Shown here in pieces: positions 36,571 to 48,380 of a stretch of 64,000 bases of DNA (within the stretch, counting starts at the first letter, position 1; the number at the start of each line of letters is the position of its first letter). The stretch spans positions 116,126,001 to 116,190,000 of the forward strand of contig NC_135807.1 of NCBI RefSeq assembly GCF_964213995.1, in the 5' to 3' direction. Both the position numbers and the translations under genes were made by a program. The notes below the pieces were generated by a model, which searched no databases, was not told the DNA's origin, and saw only the letters and a program-made list of their open reading frames with translations. This DNA comes from Mustelus asterias (taxonomy: Eukaryota).

Positions 36571-37499
36571 CATCAGTCATGTTAGTGTGGGCTTCTGTGG
36601 GGTCTTCAGTTTGAATTCAAGCTGATTGAAATGGCTTGTCTCTGCAAGGCTTTTGCCCAGTAGCAGATTTAGAGTTGGTGGGGCCCTGTATGCAGGCGAC
36701 ACCATGCCACCACATGGTTTGCTTCACTGTAAATTCTCAATTCTTTTTGGTACACTGAAAGAGAAAAGCGCCATCATGGATCATCACATCAAATAAATGT
36801 AGATGAACACAATGTGCCACTTTGAACCTCTTTATGAAAGTTTCAGCTGCATTATTTCTGTTTGTTGGGTCTGCCTGCAGTGGTGGATTTAGAGTTTGTG
36901 GCCTTGTGCTCAGCCATATTTTGAGCCCGCCATCATTTGCCACCGCGCGGTTTGTTTCGTGGTAGATCAGCCACTGCTTTTTTTTTTAAGAGAATATGAA
37001 CCTGTCTAGGGTGACATACTTGAACTGTGATTGTTCCCAAAACTGGAATTATTGAGTCCATGTAAGCTTGAAGAGTTTCTGTTGCATGAGTGAAAGTAGC
37101 GAAAAGTACCGAGAGTGAAGTTTATCACTCAAAATACTTGCTTGAGTGGCAACATCAATCAGAAGCAACACCGAGACGCCCGCGATCTCAACTGAGCAAT
37201 CCTTAAAATGCCTGGTGTTTTATTGTTCATGACAGTATACGTATGCTGTACCTCACGCTCGGGAAGCGATTCCTCCATATGTCAAAACAATTCAGTCCTC
37301 TTCTTCTGCACATCTTTGCAAAATAATTCCCCTTTAAACATAAGTTACACTTTTTCCTTAAAGCTGGACATAGCATTGTGAATCAGTGAGCACTCCACAA
37401 TTTGGGCATAGGTTTGAAGGTATCTGACTGTGATGGGGCACAAGTTGATGAGACTGCTGAGGTCTCTTTGTAATTCTTGCCCTTGAGTTGGTTGGACAA

Positions 37500-39092
37500 G
37501 CTTGTCTGCATTCTTCTGGCTCAGGATTGTTGCGAATGCTTCAACCTTATCTTTTGCACTGATGTGCTGGGCTCCCCCATCATTGAGGATGAGGATATTT
37601 GTGGACCCTCTTTCTCCAGTGAATTGTTCAATTGACCACCACCTTTCATGGCTGGACATAACAGGACTGCAGAGCTTAGATCTGATCCGTTGGTTGTGGA
37701 ATTGCTTTGCCCTATCATTTGCTGCTTAATGCTGTTTGGCACGCAAGTAGTCCTGTGTTGTAGCTTCACCAGGTTGACACCTCATTTTTAGGAATGCCTG
37801 GTGTTGCTCTTGGCATGTCCTCTTGCACTCTATATTGAAACAGGGTTGATCCCCTGCTTGGTGGTCATGGTAGAGTGGCAGATGTGCTAGGATATGAGGT
37901 TACAGATTGTGGCTGAGTACAAACCTGCTGCTACTGATGGTCCACAGGGTCTCATAGATGTCCACTCTTGAGTTGCTCGATGTGTTCAAAGTCTATCCCA
38001 TTTAGCATGTGCCACTCAACACGATGGAGGGTATGCTCAGTATGAAAATGGGACTTTGGCTCCACAAGGACTGTGCAGTGATCACTCCTACCGATACTGT
38101 TATGGACAGATGCATCTGCAGCAACCAGATTAGTGAGGATGAGATCATTTATGTTTTTCCCTCTTGTTCGTTCCCTCACCAGCTGCCGCATTGCCAGTCT
38201 AGCAGTTATGTCCTTTAGGATCTAGCCAGCTTGGTCTGTGGTGATACTATTGAGCCACTCTTGGTGATGGACATTGAAGTCCCCCACCCAGAGTATATTC
38301 TGTGCCCTTGCCACCCTCAGTGCTTCCTCCAAGTGGCATTCAACATGGTGGAGTGCTGACTCATCAGCTGAGGGATGTACGTGGTCAGCAGCAGGAGGTT
38401 TCCTTGTCCATGTTTAACCTGGTGCCACGAGACTCCATGATGGGATTCAGAGTTGATGTTGAAGACTCCAGGGAAACTCACTCCTGACAGTGTGCCACTG
38501 TGCCACCACCACCTCTCCTGGATCTGTTTTACCAGCGAGACAGGACATACCCAGGAATGGTGATGGTGGTGTCTGGGACATTATCTTTAAGGTATGATTC
38601 TGTGAGAATGATTATGTCAGGCTGTTGCTTGACAGGTCTGTGGGACAGCCCTCCCAATTTTGGCACTAGCCCCCAGACTTTGCACGGTTGATAGGGCTGG
38701 GTTTGCCATTGTTGTCTCAGGTGCCTAGGTCAATGCCATTTGTCCATCTGGCTCATTCTTTTTGTTTCCTTTTTGTAGCGATTGAATACAACTGAGTGGC
38801 CATTTGAGAGGGCATGTAAGAATCACCCATCACTTTTCTGTGGGTGTAGAGTCACATGTAGGCCAGACCAGACGAGGTAAGGATGGCAGGTTTCATTCCC
38901 TAAAGGACATTAGGGGACCAGTTGGTTTTTTTTAATGACAATCAACATGGTCATCATTAGACTTTTAATTCCAATTGTTTTATTGAATTTGAATTCCACC
39001 ATTTGCCGAGTTGGGATTCGAACCTGAGTCCACAGAGCAATACCGTGGGTCTCTGGATTACCAATCCAGCAACAATACCACTGTGCCACCAC
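37500..39092 (-). mobile_element. 5' part of a tRNA-headed APE-RT LINE
   Basis: A box 39078-39088, B box 39014-39024, then AP-endonuclease relic (GLVPKLG..KQQPDIIILTESY; DLILTN..IGRSDHCTV); colinear with 46240-47939. Confidence 0.85.
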
Positions 39093-39329
39093 TTTCCACA
39101 GTAAACAGACTCATAACCAAACACAGAAGAATTGGACACTATGATCTTCATACTAGATTGGGTAGGCTGGGGACAGATCAGATATTGGCCCTTGGGCCTC
39201 ATTTGTATTACATTGACAAGCTATGGATCCCTTCTGTGCATTCCCCAAGTGGATCTCTGGCCAAGTAAATTTAAACTGAGGGTTGTTGCATCAGTGACAG
39301 TGACCATCAGGTAGGTGCCAGGCTGGGTG

Positions 39330-39870
39330 GGGAGGCTGTCAGTAGTTTTCAGGACTGTTTTGGACTACAAGTTAGACTGGACATAGGCTTGGTTACCCTG
39401 AATGATGGGAAGGAGAGGGCAACCTCCTCACTCAAGCAGCTGTCGATAGTGGCTGAGGCAGACAGCAGTGGAACCAGCAGTAGCCCATCCAACCTGGAAC
39501 AGTGCACCCAGAGGATGTAGAACCTCACAAGGGTTGGGAAGGTTAGTAGCAGAACACTTTTGGATTGCAACTACCAAACTCTGACTTGCCCAGCATTCTC
39601 CCACACAGCGCTCCTCACGTCAACACTTAGCAGCATCATGTTTTCTCCTCTCTCTTTAAGCAGCCAACACTCGCACTCACCCTCAGTATATTACATTCTT
39701 GTAGCCACATCCCATTGTGATCTCCCACACACACTGTCCTTCCTTCCTCTCCGTAGAAGCCATTACAAACATTCACCTTTTTCTGCCTTCTCATCTTGCA
39801 GGAGAAGAGAGTGCACAGTTTGGGAAGAGGCATGGAAGCAGTGGGAACGGGAAGCGTGGTGGTCCGGCTG
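39330..39870 (+). pseudogene. Harbinger Myb/SANT-like gene relic (exon-intron-exon)
   Basis: VAEA..EQCTQRM*NLTRVGK|GTTAGT (cf. QCRKRFNDL), acceptor TCTTGCAG|GAGAAGAGA (EKRVH) at ~39801. Confidence 0.5.
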
Positions 39871-39889
39871 GCTGTTCGTGACAGGCATC

Positions 39890-40104
39890 TTGATGGCCAT
39901 TAGTAATGTGTGCCTGCCTGGTCCACTGTGAAGGAGATCTTGTTCCAGGAGAATGCAGATGGCAGCAGTGACCTGGCGTGAGAGCCTGACTCTCCTGAGA
40001 CACTGGTGCTCAGACATGCTGTGGGAATCAAGCCTCTGCCTGTATTGGGATCTCACCTCCAGATGGATCTTGGTGTTCAGCCCATCTGCCTCATGGAGAG
40101 GCAT
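39890..40104 (-). pseudogene. Harbinger transposase (HARBI1-like) N-terminal relic
   Basis: YRQRLDSHSMSEHQCLRRVRLSRQVTAAICILLEQDL..GRHTLLMAIK resembles the HARBI1-type HTH region. Confidence 0.6.
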
Positions 40105-40664
40105 TCGGCTGAGGCAAAGGCAGCTGGTGCTGCTACTGGTGCTACAACATCAGCTGCTAGAGCAGCTTGTGGTGGTTTGGCCTCTGTCTTGCCTCTCAGC
40201 AGAGAAGGAAGGTGGAGATGTATGAGCTGCTCCCAAGCCATGGTGAATGCTGGCAACACGGGAGAGCAGCTGAAGGTGAGTGAAGTGCAAGGCAAGTTGA
40301 AAATGACCTGTCAAGCAGTGAAAGCACTCTGTGAGAAGATGCACTTTGAACACCAGTCTCTCAATGGCCATGCTTCTTCAATTCTATTGATGAAAGTCTT
40401 CCCAGTTTCACTGAAGAAGATTTTCCTGCTCTGCATTTGTCTCGGAGACCTTGAGAAATTGCTGACAGGTCAGCAAAAACACCTCATGGCTGAAGAATCC
40501 AGAATTATGTGTTGTAATTGTATTTAATTGGCTTTTAAACTGCCATAACTGATACTTTACCTGCCAGAGGAGGGATTCCCTGCTTGTCCATCCCCTCCCC
40601 CCCCAGCCCCAACTTCCCCACCCCACTCCGCCCCACTCTAGCAGAAACCCAGAATAGGATGGGA

Positions 40665-40960
40665 GGGTGGCATGGTGACACAGTAGTTAGTATTGCTGCT
40701 CCATAGCACCAGGGACACGGGTTCGTTTCCTGGCTTGGGTCACTGACTGTGCGGAGTCTGAACATTCTCCCCATGTCTGCGTGGGTTTCCCCCGGGTGCT
40801 CCGGTTTCCTCCCAACCAAAAAACATTCTGCTTAGGTGCAGAATTCTCCCTTAATGTACCTGAACAGGTGCCGGACTGTGGCAACTAGGGGATTTTACTC
40901 ATAACTTCATTGCAGTGTTAATGTAAGCCTACTTGTGACACTAATAAACATACTTTTAAA
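40665..40960 (+). mobile_element. HE1-type SINE with alternative tail
   Basis: tRNA head, V-like core, tail ...TAACTTCATTGCAGTGTTAATGTAAGCCTACTTGTGACAC. Confidence 0.85.
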
Positions 40961-41997
40961 AAAAAGTAATGTTTGGATCCTAGTCCAATAACAATTTCAG
41001 GGGATTTAACTCACTGCACAGAAGAAAATCGATCTCCCATTGCCTGGGAAAACTTTGCTCCACCATTGAACATTATACTGGAGGAGATTTAAAACCCGGA
41101 GTGAGTGTTTTCTGTATTTTCGAATGACACACTGTTGTTTACCACAATGCTTGATAGAAATGAGGGATGAAGAACATAAAAATAGCATCATAACATTCAC
41201 TATAACACACAATTATGTGGGCTGGTGATGAGATTCAAAGCAAAATTTTATCACAGCTTTATTTGTCAAAACAAAGTGCTTTTGGATCCACATTCATACA
41301 AAAGTGACTGGTTAGTTCAAGAGATGACCAAGCATATTAAAGCCATGAAAGTTGAGACTCTTTCTAGAAGATCATCTCACACTGGTTCAGTTATTACTCC
41401 TCCCTTCTGGACCAAGTAATTAGTGAGGTAAGAATAGTAGACAAAGCTGAGGTTAGATAAATCTAAGGCTACGCGCTGCTGAACATATAAGAGTTTGCTA
41501 TAGTTGACCTATTAATGGCTGCTTTAAACAGATTTTAACAACAGTCATGAGTGAGCTGGTCCAGCTGCCTGTGTGACTGATGGAAAAGGGGGAGTGAAAA
41601 GGAAAACCATAGAGAGCATCAGCAGCTTTGAGAAGAGGGAGGAGGAAGAGGGAACTGTACAGGGGGCTCTACCCACTACAGGCATTCAGGGAACACTTCT
41701 ATGTGTGCTTCACTGAAGTTAGAAACCTTTGTTTAAGTTCTATCAGTGAAGTAAATCATATGTTGAGCCAAAGTACAAGCCTCAACAGAGGCATTGCCAG
41801 AACAGGAAGCAGGGTAGATCAGCAAGTACAGGGTTACAGTGAATTGTTGGACTGAGTCAAGATATGGGCAGCAGAATTATGAGCGCACGCACAATTGATA
41901 CCTGTAGAGATTTTCATCAATATAGTGCAATATTTAACTTGGACTGCACAAATGATATACTCATACCCAGATATACATACGTTCAATATACACACAT

Positions 41998-43052
41998 AAG
42001 AACAAAGAACAAAGAACAGTACAGCACAGGAAACAGGCCCTTCGGCCCTCCAAGCCTGTGCCGCTCCTTGGTCCAACTAGACCAATCGTTTGTATCCCTC
42101 CATTCCCAGGCTGCTCATGTGACTATCCAGGTAAGTCTTAAACGATGTCAGCATGCCTGCCTCCACCACCCTACTTGGCAGCGCATTCCAGGCCCCCACC
42201 ACCCTCTGTGTAAAAAACGTCCCTCTGATGTCTGAGTTATACTTCGCCCCTCTCAGCTTGAGCCCGTGACCCCTCGTGATCGTCACCTCCGACCTGGGAA
42301 AAAGCTTCCCACTGTTCACCCTATCTATACCCTTCATAATCTTGTATACCTCTATTAGATCTCCCCTCATTCTCCGTCTTTCCAAGGAGAACAACCCCAG
42401 TCTACCCAATCTCTCCTCATAGCTAAGACCCTCCATACCAGGCAACATCCTGGTAAACCTTCTCTGCACTCTCTCCAATGCCTCCACGTCCTTCTGGTAG
42501 TGCAGCGACCAGAACTGGACGCAGTACTCCAAATGTGGCCTAACCAGCATACTATACAGCTGCATCATCAGACTCCAGCTTTTATACTCTATACCCCGTC
42601 CTATAAAGGCAAGCATACCATATGCCTTCTTCACCATCTTCTCCACCTGTGTTGCCACCTTCAAGGATTTGTGGACTTGCACACCTAGGTCCCTCTGTGT
42701 TTCTATACTCCTGATGACTCTGCCATTTATTGTATAACTCCTCCCTACATTATTTCTTCCAAAATGCATCACTTCGCATTTATCCGGATTAAACTCCATC
42801 TGCCACCTCTCCGCCCAATTTTCCAGCCTTTCTATATCCTGCTGTATTGCCCGACAATGCTCTTCGCTATCCGCAATTCCAGCCATCTTCGTGTCATCCG
42901 CAAACTTGCTGATTACACCAGTTACACCTTCTTCCAAATCATTTATATATATCACAAATAGCAGAGGTCCCAGTACAGAGCCCTGCGGAACACCACTGGT
43001 CACAGACCTCCAGCCGGACTGCGGAACACCACTGGTCACAGACCTCCAGCCG
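41998..43052 (-). mobile_element. Young 5'-truncated CR1 LINE with open ORF2 C-terminus (42077-43039)
   Basis: SGVPQGSVLGP, FADDTK, RPHLEYC, ERVQRRFT, RGDLIEVYK, FFTQRVV; (AAGAACA)n tail. Confidence 0.97.
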
Positions 43053-43532
43053 TGTATATGTTATATGTTGTTTTGGGTGTTGAAGGGAGCTGTTCAGTGG
43101 CATTAAGCCTGAATAATAACTATTTATTGATGGCCATAACTATGTGCAGATATAAAAGACAGTAGGCTTCTTCAGACCAAGCCATGAGCTATCTCCATTC
43201 AGACTACTCCTTGTCATGTGATTCCCTTAACATCATCATGTGGGCAGACTGCTTCTCCAGTCCCACATTAACCCTTTCAGTCCTGAACACCCTGACGCCA
43301 CACCTCCCCCACAGTTTTTCATTCAAATCTATTTACATGCTACATTTTCTCCCTGCAGATCTCTGTTTTGGAGGTTTAAATGGTCTGGAAGTTTTTCAAC
43401 TCTCCCTAATCTTGACCTTTTGAAGTTTGGAGGATTGGTAGTCTTAACATGGATCTCTTTGTTCTGACTTGGCTGTTCTTCAGTAGAAGCTTTAGTGGAT
43501 GTTTTTTTTTGTTTGTTTGAAGTTCAACACTT

Positions 43533-43629
43533 GGGTCGGAATTTTACCATCTCGCATGCCACCGGAATCAGAGCGGGCGAGGGGCAGATCATGGAAAGGT
43601 CGGGATGAGCGAGGCCATAAAATCCCACC
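43533..43629. mobile_element. PIF/Harbinger-type MITE
   Basis: TIR-like GGTCGGAATTTTA / TAAAATCCCACC. Confidence 0.7.
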
Positions 43630-44384
43630 TTATCTTCCATTCCTTGCTGTTGTACTTTTCCCGATCAATAGTTTACCTTTCGTGGTCGGATGTCTTGAGT
43701 TTATTTCTTTTTTCACATTGACTATGCTACCTATCTTTGTTCATTGATTTGGCACTGTTTCTTTTTAACAATTTCATCCACCATGTTTTGCCTTGACAGT
43801 GAAGACTCCATGTAAACTCTGGTTCCTGAGTTTGGGAATTGTAAGTTGTGGTCTCCTGAGTTGAGGAAGGCATTTAGTTAATGTCTTGCTGTAATCCTGA
43901 TGTGGGAAGCAGGTCAATATTCTCTACAGGAGAAGAGGTGGACCTCATCTGATCTAGTTTTGTTTCTAGTACTGAAACCATTTTCTTATTTGCACCCTGG
44001 ACCACCAGTTCTGGTTGATGGATCTTTGTGAAGGGGTCAGTATTGATAGATGAATACATTATTGTACCTCTAGTTTTGACTTTAATCCTCGCTGATGATT
44101 TGCTGAGTGATCAAGAGCCATGGTTGCACTCCAGTATTCATTGGTCCAGCTGGTCTGTCTCCTCATTGGGCTGAAGGTTCCCTTCATCGGTTTGGAAAGG
44201 AGCTGGGTTATCTGCCTGAGCAAACTGCCAAGAATTCTGCACTGAAGCCCCATTCAAGAGCATCAGCATAGTTCAAAGGTTTGAGGGTCTCCAACCTGGC
44301 ATACTGAGTGACTGTCTATTCCTTGGCATTGGCTTCTGTTTTAATCGGGTTGAGGGCAACACAGGTGTCTCAGCTCAGGACAGA

Positions 44385-44760
44385 AAATTCCTGATACTGA
44401 AATGCCTGGATAGAGTGGATGTGGAGAAGATGTTTCCATTCGTAAGAGAGACCAGGAACTGAGGGCACAGCGACAGAATAGAGGGAGGACCCTTTAGAAC
44501 TGAGATGAAGAGGAATTTCTTCAGCCAGAGGGGGGTGAATCTATGGAATCCATTGTCATAGAAGGCTGTGGAGGCCAGGTCATTGAGTGAATTTAAAATG
44601 GACATTGATAGATTCTTGATTGGTTAGGGGATCAAAGGTTATGTGCAAAAAGCAGGAGAATGGGATTGAGAAACATATCAGCCATGATTGAATGGTGGAG
44701 CAGACTCGATGAACGGCCTAATTCTGCTCCTGTATCTTGTGGTCTTATGGCCTTATGGTC
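44385..44760 (+). mobile_element. CR1 3' fragment
   Basis: GATAGAGTGGATGTGGAGAAGATGTTTCC...AGGAATTTCTTCAGCCAGAGGG; (TCTTATGG) tail. Confidence 0.88.
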
Positions 44761-44931
44761 TGATTGTGGACCACATGTAGAGTCTCAAGTATCTGCTTGT
44801 TCCCACAGTGGAGTGATTCTAAAAGCATGCTTTTAACTTGTGGTCTGATCAATCCCTCCTGGCTGATGTGTCTGTTGTCCACAGCCAGATGTTGGCTGCT
44901 AACTGCCCTCTATCGGACAAGATTGCCACAA

Positions 44932-45625
44932 GGGGCTGATTCTCCCATCCCGCTGCACTGAGTTTTTTAGCACAGCTGGCTGGGAGATTTATGCGGTGCC
45001 GGATTAGCGCAATCTGCGTTGGGCACCCAGCCCCGAGCGCATCTCCCAGCACTGGATTTCCGGTGCCATCAGCTCTGTGCCAATTTATGCAGCCCTTCAT
45101 TTTAATATTATTTAAATGACATTAGCGGGCCTGGGACTGAAATCTCTGGGCCCGCTAGCTTCTACCCCACGCCAGAAGTATTTCACTCCAGTGGGGATTA
45201 CTCCAGCTCCCCACTTGCAGGGAGCTAGTGGCCCAAACCCGCTGAAGTGAAAGGGGGCAATCGGGCGGCGGGGGAATGCTGTTGGGCATTGGCGCCTTGG
45301 CAGTGCCAGCCTGGCTCCCTGGCACTGCCCAAGAGGAGTTTTAACAACACCAGGTTAAAGTCCAACAGGTTTATTTGGTAGCAAATACCATTAGCTTTCG
45401 GAGCGCTGCTACCAAATAAACCTGTTGGACTTTAACCTGGTGTTGTTAAAACTCTTACTGTGTTTACCCCAGTCCAATGCCGGCATCTCCACATCATGTC
45501 TGCCCAAGAGGGCCAAATTCCAATGCCCAGAGGGCACCTTGGCACTGCCCACTAGGCATGGGGCAGTGCCAAGGGGTGGGCCCTAATGGGGGTAGGGCCT
45601 GATGGGGGTGGTGCCACTGGAGGGC
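44932..45625. mobile_element. Non-autonomous Harbinger-like element (one end)
   Basis: GGGGCTGATTCTCCC resembles the TIR at 59397; GGCACTGCC-rich interior. Confidence 0.55.
45336..45499. mobile_element. Penelope family B fold-back mini-insertion
   Basis: Perfect 48-bp inverted arms 45336-45383 and 45407-45454; 12-bp TSD CTGCCCAAGAGG; matches 51450-51520. Confidence 0.88.
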
Positions 45626-45629
45626 CAGG

Positions 45630-47939
45630 TATGATGTCAACCAATGGAGAGTTTTCCTCCAATTCCCACTGACTCCAGTTTTGTTCGAGCTCCTTGATGC
45701 CACACACGGTCAAATGCTGCTTTGATATCGAGGGCAATCACTCTCACCTTATTTTTAGCATTCAACTCTTTTGTCCATGTTTGAACCAAGGCTGTAATGA
45801 GGTCAGGAGCTGAGTGACCTGGCAGAACCCAAACTGGGCGTCACTGAGCAGGCTATTGCTGGGCAGGTGCTGCTTGACAGAACTGTTGATGACCCCTTCC
45901 ATCACTTTATTGATAATCAAAAGTAGATTGAATGGACAGTAATTGGTGGGTAGGATTTGTCCAGTTTCTCGTATACAAGATATACCTGGGTAATTTTTCA
46001 CATTGCCGGGTAGATGCCAGTGTAGTAGCTGTACTGGAAGAGCTTGGCGCACAGCAAGTTCTGGAGCATAAGTCTTCAGTACTATTGCTGGAATATTGTC
46101 AGGACCCATCGACTTTAAAGTATCCACTGCCTCCAGATGTTTCTTGATGTCATGTGAAGTGAATTGAATTGGCTGAAGACAGACATCTGTGACACTGGGG
46201 ACCTTCGGAGGAAGCCGATATGGATCATCCACTCAGCATTTCTGGTTGAAGATTGTTGCGAATTCTTCAGCCTTATCTTTTGCACTGATGTGCTGGGCTC
46301 CTCCATCATTGAGGATGGGGATATTTGTGCAGTCTCCTCCTCCAATGTGTTGTTTAATTGTCCACCACCATTCTCAACTGGATGTGGCAGGGCTGCAGAG
46401 CTTATATCCGATCCGCTGTATGTGGGATCACTTAGCTCTATATATTAATGGCTGCTCATGCTGTTTAGCACAAAAGTAGTCCTGTTTTGTAGCTTCACCA
46501 GATTTACACCTCATTTGTAGGTATGCCTGGTGTTGCTCCTGGCATGCCCTCCTGCACTCTCCATTGAACCAGGGTTGATCCCCTGGGTTAGTGGCAATGG
46601 TGGGGGGTGGGGGGATGGGGGGAGTACAGATATGCTGGGCCATGCGATTACAGATTGTGGTTGAGTATAATTCTGCTGTTGCTAATGGCCCACAGCGTCT
46701 GATGGATGCCCAGTCTTAAGCTGCTAGATCTGTTTGCAGTTTATGCCATTTAGCATGGCGGTGGTGTCATACAACACGCTGGAGGGTATCCTTAATATGA
46801 ACAAAAGGACTGTGCAGTGGTCACTCCTACCGATACTGTCATGGACAGATGCATCTGTCCATAGGGGCTTAGAGCCTCGAAAGCTTGTGTGGCTTTTGCT
46901 ACCAAATAAACCTGTTGGACTTTAACCTGGTGTTGTTAAACTTCTTACTGTGTTTACCCCAGTCCAACGTCGGCATCTCCACAAGATGCATCTGCGGCAG
47001 GCAGGTCGGTGAGAATGAGGCCAAGTATATTTTTCACTCCTGTTGGTTCCCTTACCACCTGCAGCTATGTCCTTTAGGACCTGGCCAGGTCGGACTATGG
47101 TAGTATTAACGAGCCACTCTTGATGATGGACACTGAAGTCCCCCACTTAGAGTGCATTCTGTGCCCTTGACACCCTCAGTGCTTCTTCCAAGTGGTGTTC
47201 AACATGGAGGAGTACTGCATCATTAGCTGTGGGGGGATAGTGCTTGGTAATCAGCAGGAGGTTTCCTGATTCATGTTTGACCTGGTGCCATGACACTTCA
47301 TGGGGTGCAGAATCGATGTTCAGGACTCCCAGGGCACCTCCTTTCCAACAGTACACTTTGTGCCACCGCTCTGCTGGGACTGTCCTGCCGGCAGGACAGA
47401 ACATATCCAGGGTAGGTAATGGTGGTGTCTGGGGCATTATCTATAAGTTATGATTCTGTGAGAATGACTATATTGGGCTGTTGCTTGACTAGTCTGTGAG
47501 ACAGCTCTCCCAGTTTTAGCACCAGATGTTGCAGGGTTGACACGGTTGGGTTTGCTGTTGTTTTTTCTGGTGCCTAGATTGATGCAGGGTGATCCTTCGG
47601 ATTTCATTCCTTTTTGTTCCATTTGTAGAGATTGAATACAATTGATTGGCTTGCTAGGCCATTTCAGAGTCAACCGCATTGCTGTGGTTCTGGAGTCACA
47701 TGTACACGGGACCAGGTAATGGCGGCAGGTTTCCTTCCCTAAAGGACATTAGTGACCCAGTTGGGTTTTTAACCACAATTGACAATGGTTTTATGGTCAC
47801 CATTAGACTTTTAATTCCAGATATTTTACTGAGTTTTTAATTCCACCATTTGCTATTGTGGGATTTGAACCTGGGTCCCCAGAGCATTACCCAAGGTCTC
47901 TGGATTCCTCATCGAATGACAATACCACTGTGCCACCCC
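45630..47939 (-). mobile_element. tRNA-headed APE-RT LINE, 5' ~2.2 kb
   Basis: A box 47925-47935, B box 47861-47871; relic peptides GDFSVHHQEW, QPWFNGECRRAC, KSMGPDNIP, LSDAQFGF, DIKAAFDRVWHQG. Confidence 0.88.
46858..46983 (+). mobile_element. Penelope family B terminal micro-insertion
   Basis: Matches 45407-45493; 11-bp TSD AGATGCATCTG. Confidence 0.85.
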
Positions 47940-48343
47940 TATACAGTATTTTTTGTCCTGGAGCGTGTTTCTCATTTCATTGTTTAAGGAGCTGTGCCGC
48001 CATTGGGGGCTTTCTGTACTGTGGTTTATCATCCCCTCCAAATATGGCTCTATTTTTCTGATGGACCTCAGATTTTCTGATAATTTATGTAACATCCTGA
48101 AGAGTTAGATCTTGTTTGGTTTGAAGTAGATCAGAAAGAGTATCATTCATTATCCCAACTACTATGCAGTCCAATATCACAGCCTTCCACAACCAATATA
48201 AATACATTGGTGAAGGTGCCCACAGGTTCTCCAGGTTTTTGGAACCTTTTATTATAATTTGTTCTGTCCAAAATTTGTTACTCTTTAGGTTAAAGTAGCA
48301 ATCAAAGGATTTATGACCTCTCTAACTTTGTTAGGTGATTCAT

Positions 48344-48380
48344 GCTCTGATGAAGAATCATCCAGACTCGAAACATTAGC
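48344..48380 (+). ncRNA. Decayed minimal hammerhead ribozyme in a Penelope A fragment (48340-48445)
   Basis: GCT-CTGATGA-A-GAATC atcca GACTC-GAAA-CATT-AGC. Confidence 0.65.

Noticed and set aside
36640-36755. Possible minus-strand exon after the acceptor CTTTTCTCTTTCAG
   Set aside because: All frames stop within ~30 codons and the peptide is not recognisable
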